Below are positions 57,719-64,000 of a stretch of DNA of 64,000 nucleotides, piece by piece; position 1 is the stretch's first letter, and each line of letters starts with the position of its first letter. Source of the stretch: Burkholderiales bacterium (GTDB lineage: Bacteria; Pseudomonadota; Gammaproteobacteria; Burkholderiales; Thiobacteraceae); contig JADMJT010000006.1 of assembly GCA_018781585.1 (NCBI GenBank), positions 11,116 to 75,115 on the forward strand, written 5' to 3'. Below the pieces are notes generated by a model. It was not told the origin of the DNA. It saw only the letters and a program-made list of their open reading frames with translations, and ran no database searches. The position numbers were made by a program, and so were the translations under genes.

Positions 57719-58507
57719 ATGGCGTTGAATATCTTCGACCGAAGTTCAATGATGCGAAGCGCCGCTTTCACGCTCATCGCATGTGGCATCCTGCTAGGCC
57801 AGACTGGTTTCGCACCGCTTGCTCTGGCGCAGCAGGCGCCCGCCGCGCAGCAAGCCCAGCCCACTCCTCAGCAACGCGCGGCCATGCTCAAGCAATGGCT
57901 GCTGGCGAGCCAGAACCAGATTCGCGCATATGAATGGGTGGAAACCACGACCCACAGCAAGGATGGCGAAGAAAAATCGAGCATCCAGAAGCGTTGCTAT
58001 TACGGTGTGGACGGCAAGCTCCAGAAAGTCGTGTTGCACCAAACGGCGGAGCAGAAGAAAGGCCCGCCCGGCATCCTGCCACTGGGGCGGCTGGCCAAGA
58101 AGGCCGCCGAGAACAAAAAGCAAGCCGTCACCGACTATATGCGCAGCGCGGAGGAGCTGGTGCACAAATACATCCCGCCCGTTCCGGACTTGATTCAACA
58201 GTCGATCAACTCAGGCAAGCTCGGCATCCAGGTGTTGCAGCCCGGACGCATGGTGCGCCTGACATTTGCCGGCTATCTCAAGCCTGGCGATTCGCTGGGG
58301 GCCGATATCGAACTGCCGACCAACCGCCTGCTGGCCGTGACGGTGGCCAGCTATCTTGACAGCCCGCAGGATGCCATCGCCCTCAATGTCACCATGTCGG
58401 TGCTGCCAGATGGCACGATCTACCCCGCGCGATCGAGTCTGGACGCCAAGGCGAAAGGCTTGAACGTCACCGTCGAAAACGCGGGCTACCGGCGCATCGC
58501 GCCCTGA
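57719..58507 (+). CDS. hypothetical exported protein
   Basis: 262 aa. Signal peptide MMRSAAFTLIACGILLGQTGFAPLALA, so the start is possibly at 57749. No motif recognised. Confidence 0.5.
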   Translation: MALNIFDRSSMMRSAAFTLIACGILLGQTGFAPLALAQQAPAAQQAQPTPQQRAAMLKQWLLASQNQIRAYEWVETTTHSKDGEEKSSIQKRCYYGVDGKLQKVVLHQTAEQKKGPPGILPLGRLAKKAAENKKQAVTDYMRSAEELVHKYIPPVPDLIQQSINSGKLGIQVLQPGRMVRLTFAGYLKPGDSLGADIELPTNRLLAVTVASYLDSPQDAIALNVTMSVLPDGTIYPARSSLDAKAKGLNVTVENAGYRRIAP

Positions 58508-58545
58508 CCCATGCATCTTGAAGCAATCGATAGGAGGAGGTACCC

Positions 58546-59343
58546 ATGCTGCGAGCTGGTTTGATATTGGCCACATCCTTGCTGGCCACGAATGTGGCTT
58601 GGGCGGAAACCGCCACGCCCGCCACCGAGACGGAATCCCAGCAATTCGCACGCGCCCGCCTCATGGAAATGGCCCAATTCCTGAGCGGCGCGGAAAAGTT
58701 CAGCGTCACGCTGCGCGTCGGCTACGACGTGGTGCAAGCCGACGGGCAGAAGATCGAGTTCGGCGAGATTCGCGAACTTTCCGTGCATCGGTCCGATCAG
58801 GCGCGCATTGCGGAAACGTCGAGCGACGGCAAGCACGACCTATTGCTGTTCGACGGCAAGCACGTCACCACATTCGATGGCGCGACCAAGCGCTACGCCC
58901 AGGCGCCCCAACCCGGCGATCTGGATGCCACGGCCATCTATTTTGTCCGTGACCTGCAAATGCGCCTGCCCCTGGCGCCCATGTTCACGCAACAGTTTCC
59001 CCAGGAATTGCAGCGCCGCGTGAAGCATATCGATTACGTCGAACGCACGACTATCCTGGGCGTGCCCACGCACCATATCGCGGCGCGCACCGAGAATGTG
59101 GATTTTCAAGTATGGATCGCTGACGGCAAGCAACCCTTGCCGCTGCGCGTCGTGCTGAGCTATCCGGCAGCCGAAGGCCAGCCGCAGTTCTGGGCAAATT
59201 TTTCCAAGTGGAATATGTCGCCGCGCTTTGGCAAGTCCACCTTTGCTTTCAAACCGCCGGCCGATGCGAAGCAGATCCCGTTTGCGGTCCAGCTCCTGCC
59301 GCAGTCCGGCGCTCCGTCCCTGAACCAAGGAGGCAAGCCATGA
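58546..59343 (+). CDS. DUF2092-like (LolA-fold) periplasmic protein
   Basis: 265 aa. Signal peptide LILATSLLATNVAWA. The sequence pattern FSVTLRVGYDVVQADGQKIEFGE...LLLFDGKHVTTFD...YAQAP is typical of that family as I recall it. Confidence 0.55.
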   Translation: MLRAGLILATSLLATNVAWAETATPATETESQQFARARLMEMAQFLSGAEKFSVTLRVGYDVVQADGQKIEFGEIRELSVHRSDQARIAETSSDGKHDLLLFDGKHVTTFDGATKRYAQAPQPGDLDATAIYFVRDLQMRLPLAPMFTQQFPQELQRRVKHIDYVERTTILGVPTHHIAARTENVDFQVWIADGKQPLPLRVVLSYPAAEGQPQFWANFSKWNMSPRFGKSTFAFKPPADAKQIPFAVQLLPQSGAPSLNQGGKP

Positions 59344-60101
59344 TTTCGCAGAATCTGACAGACAAAGTTTCGCTGATCGCGCTGGCGGCAACGTTATCCA
59401 TGATCCTCACTGCTCAAGACGTCGAGGCGCGTGTGGGCGGCGCAGGCTTCTCGCGCCAGGGCGCCGCCTCGGCGGGCAGTTTATCGAGCAAGCGCAGCGC
59501 TGGCGCCGCAAGATCCAAAGAGGCTGCGGCGGGTACGAGCAGCGCTTCCGTCAGCCAGCCATCCCGCCCAGCCGCACCCACCACCATGCAGCAAGGCGCG
59601 ACCACTCAGCAGGCCCCGGCCACGGGCAGCGCCGCGGACAATCAGGCGCAACGGCAGGAAGCCATATCATCCAATCAGGAACAACGGCAGAGCGTCAGTT
59701 CATCCAACCAGGCGCAGCGGCAGGAAGCCGCCAAATCGAGCGGCTATTATCCACCCCCCTACCCGAGCCAGCCGGTCTACTACCCGCCGCCGACCTACGT
59801 CGTCCATCACGATGATGACTGGGACAGCGGATCTGCGGCGGTGGGTTTCGTCGCTGGCGCCGTGGTCGGCGCCGCGGCGGCATCCAGCTCGAAGCCCGCG
59901 CCCGCCCCGGCACCGGCACCGGCCCCCACGACCACGGTAATCTACGCCCCACCGCCTGCGCCGGCGGCAACCTTGCCGTGCGCCCCGAACGTGAAAACCG
60001 TTGGCGGCGTGACTTACTACGCCTGTGGATCCAGCTACTACATCCAGGCCTATGGCTCCGCAGGCCCGATCTACATGCCGGTACAGCCGCCGGTGAAATA
60101 A
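59340..60101 (+). CDS. low-complexity Q/A/S/P-rich exported protein
   Basis: Track ORF 59208..60101 trimmed to the ATG at 59340 (an ATGA overlap, after AAGGAGG). Signal peptide VSLIALAATLSMILTAQDVEA. Three 11-aa repeats and a PAPAPAPAP run. C-terminal GVTYYACGSSYYIQAYG. Confidence 0.6.
   Translation: MISQNLTDKVSLIALAATLSMILTAQDVEARVGGAGFSRQGAASAGSLSSKRSAGAARSKEAAAGTSSASVSQPSRPAAPTTMQQGATTQQAPATGSAADNQAQRQEAISSNQEQRQSVSSSNQAQRQEAAKSSGYYPPPYPSQPVYYPPPTYVVHHDDDWDSGSAAVGFVAGAVVGAAAASSSKPAPAPAPAPAPTTTVIYAPPPAPAATLPCAPNVKTVGGVTYYACGSSYYIQAYGSAGPIYMPVQPPVK
59640..59738 (+). repeat. 3 x 33-nt in-frame tandem repeat inside the low-complexity gene
   Basis: The units start at 59640, 59673 and 59706. 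They encode NQAQRQEAISS / NQEQRQSVSSS / NQAQRQEAAKS. Confidence 0.8.
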
Positions 60102-60601
60102 TGACTGCCATGATGAGATCAACGCCCATGAAGCTGATAACAATCATCCTCCTTGCCTTGCCGGTGTTGTTTGCCGGCCCGGCCGTTGCGGAGGGGGCAG
60201 ACGCCAACGGCGTGAAATCGCTTCGCGCCGAAATCAGGGCAGACAAGAAACAGATCGTCGCGGCCAATCTTCCGCTTACCGAAGCCGAAGCGAAACGCTT
60301 CTGGCCCGTCTATGAAAACTACCAGAACGAGTTGCAGACAATCAGCGCAAAGCTGGAAAAAATCATTCTCACCTACGCCGATGCGTACAAGAAGGGCGCC
60401 GTGCCGGATGACACCGCGAAGCGGCTGACCGAAGAGGCAATGGCTGTCGAGGAAGCGGAAGTCAAACTCAAACGCCGATACCTCTCCAAATTCTCGCGCC
60501 TGCTGCCCGCGGCGAAGGTGGCGCGTTATTTTCAAATCGAGAACAAAGTCCGGGCTGAGATCAAGTACGAATTTGCGAAGCATGTTCCGCTGATCCAATA
60601 A
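60101..60601 (+). CDS. hypothetical periplasmic helical protein
   Basis: Track ORF 59978..60601 trimmed to the ATG at 60101. Signal peptide LITIILLALPVLFAGPAVA. Confidence 0.5.
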   Translation: MTAMMRSTPMKLITIILLALPVLFAGPAVAEGADANGVKSLRAEIRADKKQIVAANLPLTEAEAKRFWPVYENYQNELQTISAKLEKIILTYADAYKKGAVPDDTAKRLTEEAMAVEEAEVKLKRRYLSKFSRLLPAAKVARYFQIENKVRAEIKYEFAKHVPLIQ

Positions 60602-60665
60602 GCAACAAACCCGCCGCGTTGCTGGCGCGGACTGGCGTCAACCGGCACAAAATTGCGAAGCTCCC

Positions 60666-61985
60666 ATGTCACCCCTTAACCCAGGAAACCACCCAGTGAA
60701 AAAACCACATGAAACTTTATTGCACACCCTGCTGCTCTCTCTTGCACTCGCTGCCGCAGGTGCAAGCCATGCGCAGGACTACGAAGCCCCGGCCAATCTC
60801 AAAGCCAGCGATTTCGCACCGGCCGTACTCATGAAAGGTGCGCTCTACACGGTCGACGACCAAGTCAGCATTGAGGGCGGCATGCCACGCTTCACCATCC
60901 GCTCCCCCTACGGCACATGGCAGGCACGCGGCGTCGGCATGCTTGAGATTCGTGTTTCCGAATTACCCGCTTTCCAGGAGCTGACTAAAATCAGCAAGTC
61001 CGATGAGTTTCTCAAATCCGCCAAAACCGCCGTGGGCGATCAGGCCAAGACCGTAGGCCAACTCGTCCAGCATCCGGTCGACACCGTCGGCAATATTGCA
61101 TCCGGTATCGGCATTCTGGCCACCCGCGCCGGCACCCTGGTAAGCTCGGGCGCCACGCGGGTCGGCGATACCGTCAACGGCGACACCAAAGCGCAAAAGC
61201 CTATCCTCAAAGCGGTGGAAACGGCGGCAGGCACGGCCGAGCCGCGCAAAATCATCGGCGGCCCCCTGGGCTACAATCAAAAACGCCGCGAGTGGGCACG
61301 CCTGCTCAAGGTCGACCCCTATACCAACAACGCGGCGCTGTCCGACAAGCTTGGGGACTTCGCTTCGGCGAGCTTTGCCGGTAGCTTTCCCGTCAACGCC
61401 ACCGTCGGCGTAGTGGCGGCGCCGCTGTCTTATACGACCACACTCAACCAGGCAGCCCAACTCGAAGCATCCCAGTATCCGCCTATCGACGTTGAAAGCC
61501 GCAACGAAACCCGGCTCAAAAAAATGGGCATCGAGGGCCTTCCGGTGCGCACGCTATTCCGCAACAGCTACTTCACGCCCACCCTGCAGACATCTCTGGT
61601 GCTCGCTCTGGAGTCCTTGGGCAATGTTGCAGGACGCGCCGATGTCGTCACCTTTGCCAGCCGCGCCGCATCAGACGATGAAGCGCGCTACGTCATCAAC
61701 TCGGTGCTGGTGCTGGCGCGTCACAGCCAAACTGTCGGCGCACTCACCAGTGTGCGCGCTGCCGACAACGTGCTCGCTGGCGGCGCCGCTAATGGCAAGG
61801 TCGTCGTCCCTGTCCCCTTGGACTATATTCCTTGGGTCAAAGCAGTCGATGACTTCTCCCAACGCAAGGATCTGAACGGCACCGAGCGCTGGCTGCTGAT
61901 CACGGGCAAGATGACGCCCAAGGCAACGCAAGAACTCGGCAAACGTGGCTGGCGCGTAGCGGAAAACCTCGCGGCGGCCAAATAG
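60666..61985 (+). CDS. hypothetical exported protein (about 430 aa)
   Basis: 439-aa ORF. The likely start is the GTG at 60696, giving KKPHETLLHTLLLSLALAAAGASHA as signal peptide. Confidence 0.5.
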   Translation: MSPLNPGNHPVKKPHETLLHTLLLSLALAAAGASHAQDYEAPANLKASDFAPAVLMKGALYTVDDQVSIEGGMPRFTIRSPYGTWQARGVGMLEIRVSELPAFQELTKISKSDEFLKSAKTAVGDQAKTVGQLVQHPVDTVGNIASGIGILATRAGTLVSSGATRVGDTVNGDTKAQKPILKAVETAAGTAEPRKIIGGPLGYNQKRREWARLLKVDPYTNNAALSDKLGDFASASFAGSFPVNATVGVVAAPLSYTTTLNQAAQLEASQYPPIDVESRNETRLKKMGIEGLPVRTLFRNSYFTPTLQTSLVLALESLGNVAGRADVVTFASRAASDDEARYVINSVLVLARHSQTVGALTSVRAADNVLAGGAANGKVVVPVPLDYIPWVKAVDDFSQRKDLNGTERWLLITGKMTPKATQELGKRGWRVAENLAAAK

Positions 61986-62016
61986 CCCGCGTGATCGTGG
62001 CTTGAAAGGGGAAACC

Positions 62017-62760
62017 ATGATTAACTTGGATACCATTCGCCACGGCCTGGAGCATAGCGAGTTCTTCCTCGAGTATCAGCCCATCATCGATCTCGATCAG
62101 GGGCGCTGCGTCGGCGCAGAGGCGCTGGTGCGCTGGCAGCGCCCGACAGGCGTTCTACTCCCCGATGATTTCATTCCGTTGATCGAGAAAACGCCGCTTT
62201 CGGGGCTGGTCGCATATTGGGTGATCGACCAAGTAGCGAAAGAATTGGGGGGCTGGCTCCAGGCCCAGCAAGGCGTCGAGATGCACATCAATGTGCCGCC
62301 CGAAATCCTGGGCCGGGGCGGGCTGGAGTATGCCGCGCAGAAGTCCGGTCTACAGGATGTCAAGGATAAGATCGTACTGGAAATCACCGAACGCGGCGTG
62401 CCGGACCAGATCGGATTGGATGCACTCGACTATGCAGCGCGTCACGGCATAAGACTTGCCCTGGACGATGTCAGAATTGATCCCGCCAGCATGCTGATCC
62501 TGTCGCGAAGCAACGTGAGCATCATCAAGATCGATAAGAGCGCACTGCAGGACATCGGCGACGGTGGCGCTCCGCCTTGGGCCGAGACCTTGGCGGTGTT
62601 GCTGAAGACTACGGACATCAAGGTGATCGCCGAGGGTGTGGAGACGGCCGAGCAGCTTGCCGTGCTGAAGGCGGCGGGCGTTCGGCGGGCACAGGGGTTT
62701 TATTTCTCACCGGCCCTGCGCGCGGACCTTTTCCTGCGCTATTTCGAGCGTCAGGCCTGA
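62017..62760 (+). CDS. EAL-domain protein (putative c-di-GMP phosphodiesterase)
   Basis: Reads EFFLEYQPIIDL...GAEALVRW...LEITE...LALDDV...IKIDKS...VIAEGVET...AQGFYFS. Confidence 0.85.
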   Translation: MINLDTIRHGLEHSEFFLEYQPIIDLDQGRCVGAEALVRWQRPTGVLLPDDFIPLIEKTPLSGLVAYWVIDQVAKELGGWLQAQQGVEMHINVPPEILGRGGLEYAAQKSGLQDVKDKIVLEITERGVPDQIGLDALDYAARHGIRLALDDVRIDPASMLILSRSNVSIIKIDKSALQDIGDGGAPPWAETLAVLLKTTDIKVIAEGVETAEQLAVLKAAGVRRAQGFYFSPALRADLFLRYFERQA

Positions 62761-62762
62761 AT

Positions 62763-64000
62763 CTAGAATGGCGAGCCCAGGAACATGAAGCCGGTACGAT
62801 GGCCGCCCTCCCCCAATCCCAGCCCGACATAGAGCGGGCCAATCGGCGTATCCGAGCCCACGAACACGCTGCCATTGAGCAAGCCATCACCCAAATCGAT
62901 ATCGGCTTTTCTTTGCCACACGTTGCCGTATTCGATCGAGGCGCCGATGAACGCCGGCAGTATTTTCAACTCGGAAAAGTTGCGATAGATCGCGGCGGTG
63001 GCGACACCGCTATGCTGGCCGCTCAACTGGTTCTGCGCATAACCCGATAGCCGCAGAAAACCGCCCAAGCGGTATCGACTCTCGACTGGCGCATTGTCGT
63101 TAAAGGTGGTGTTGTAGCGCAACCCGCCAACCACCGTGTTCCGGCCCCACGTGTAGGCGTGGACATAATTCAGATTGCCTTGGTTAAAGCTGCTGTCCGA
63201 ACCCAATGATTTCTTGGCGGTGCTCAGCTCCAATATCGCTTTGTTGCCCGCAGTCGGGAACAGGACATTATCCAGTTTGTCTTCATACAAGCGCGCGTAA
63301 AGCTGGCCCAGATGGAAATTATAGCCGTCCAGTGTTGGGTCGCCGACCACCACATCGGTTGTGCCATAGGCCCTGCGGTAACCGATGCGCCCCTCTCCCC
63401 AGGTGCCGAAATTGCGGCCGGCGGCCAAATCGATCCCCAAGCGCCGAATGTTGAACTCGGAAGAAACGTCGTCGCCTTTGTAGTTCTGGAATCGATTGCG
63501 TGCCGCAGCGATCCTTGCGTTCAAAAAGTATTTGGAGCCTACATCGAGCGGCTGATACAACTCGGCGGCAAGTCCATTGTCCTGACCAAGTTGCAGTGCC
63601 AGACGAAGCTCCCCGTTGAGCGCATTGATGGCGGTGCGCGTGTAGAGCACGCCCAGGTTGTAGGAAGTATCCCCCTGAAAATCGTCCGTCAGTTCCAGGC
63701 CGAATTGCAGGTAGTTGGGGCCCCAGGTTTTTTCCTTGGCATGCAGCACCACGCCGCTTTGTCCGTTCTCCTGCACCACCTCATAGCGCACGCTCTCGAA
63801 CACATCCAGTCCATAGACCTCGCCAATGTCCGCGTCCATCTTTGCGGGATCCAAGGGCTGGCCCGGTTGCAAGGAAATGCGCGCCAGTATGACGGCGTCG
63901 CTGATGCGGGATTTGTTATCGAGGCGCACGAAATCGACGACCGGCGGCGTAGCGACGACTTCACGCTTGGCCATGAGTTGCCGATAGCTGGCCAAATCGA
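62763..64000 (-). CDS. BamA/TamA-type (surface antigen D15) outer-membrane beta-barrel domain protein; 5-prime end outside the window
   Basis: The frame is open to the window edge; the track start at 63995 is a TTG. It has a POTRA-like segment (ISLQPGQPLDPAKMDADIGEVYGLDVFESVRYEV) and a barrel ending GFMFLGSPF. Confidence 0.7.
   Translation of the reverse strand, partial: DLASYRQLMAKREVVATPPVVDFVRLDNKSRISDAVILARISLQPGQPLDPAKMDADIGEVYGLDVFESVRYEVVQENGQSGVVLHAKEKTWGPNYLQFGLELTDDFQGDTSYNLGVLYTRTAINALNGELRLALQLGQDNGLAAELYQPLDVGSKYFLNARIAAARNRFQNYKGDDVSSEFNIRRLGIDLAAGRNFGTWGEGRIGYRRAYGTTDVVVGDPTLDGYNFHLGQLYARLYEDKLDNVLFPTAGNKAILELSTAKKSLGSDSSFNQGNLNYVHAYTWGRNTVVGGLRYNTTFNDNAPVESRYRLGGFLRLSGYAQNQLSGQHSGVATAAIYRNFSELKILPAFIGASIEYGNVWQRKADIDLGDGLLNGSVFVGSDTPIGPLYVGLGLGEGGHRTGFMFLGSPF

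Noticed and set aside
59431-60267. 169-aa plus-strand, 190-aa and 147-aa minus-strand ORFs
   Set aside because: Alternative-frame artefacts of the GC-rich low-complexity repeat gene.
1-64000. Search for CRISPR arrays, rRNA, tRNA genes, IS transposases and reverse transcriptases
   Set aside because: I found no regularly spaced 25-40 nt repeats. I found no rRNA-like or cloverleaf sequences other than the tmRNA. No DDE/transposase or YxDD motifs appeared in any translation.

Overview
High-GC proteobacterial chromosome segment; the gene order looks betaproteobacterial, which is inference only. Positions 1-22.9 kb are housekeeping. A minus-strand block runs gyrA-serC-serA-pheA-hisC-DAHP synthase-tyrA-aroA, with aroA fused in frame to cmk. 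It is followed by an OmpA-like gene, an amidohydrolase, ubiG and gph. Next come an OxyR / rubrerythrin / rubredoxin / rubredoxin-reductase cluster, a two-subunit molybdenum hydroxylase with XdhC and MocA-like maturation genes, and a Fic protein. The tmRNA gene (ssrA, 22957-23323) is the integration site of a genomic island of about 28 kb (23324 to about 51606). The island opens with a P4-type integrase and closes with an AlpA-like gene, a degenerate attR and what looks like the displaced ssrA terminator. It is visibly more AT-rich than the flanks and is a defence island. Its contents are an HTH-ImmA/IrrE peptidase + PIN pair and an 8-gene co-directional array (XRE, type III-like Res and Mod, a three-gene Lamassu/ABC-3C module with an Mrr-like effector, a UvrD-like helicase, a membrane Mrr-Zn-ribbon nuclease). 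It also carries a Lon-like AAA+ ATPase + free-standing LAGLIDADG pair, a truncated thermonuclease, an uncharacterised 831-aa + 339-aa pair, a TPR + 171-aa pair, about 900 bp of structured non-coding DNA, HigB/HigA-like genes and a second tyrosine recombinase. Downstream of the island lie a two-component system, an 8-gene cluster of signal-peptide proteins, an EAL protein and a partial outer-membrane beta-barrel gene. The best candidates for an undescribed system are three. First, the 831-aa (Zn-ribbon + PD-(D/E)xK-like C-terminus) + HExxH pair at 41838-45440. Second, the AAA+ / LAGLIDADG pair at 39690-41394. Third, the fusion of R-M, Lamassu, helicase and Mrr genes into one tightly packed array at 26769-39551. 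I found no rRNA, tRNA, CRISPR array or IS transposase. All functional calls come from reading motifs in the translations; no database search was possible.
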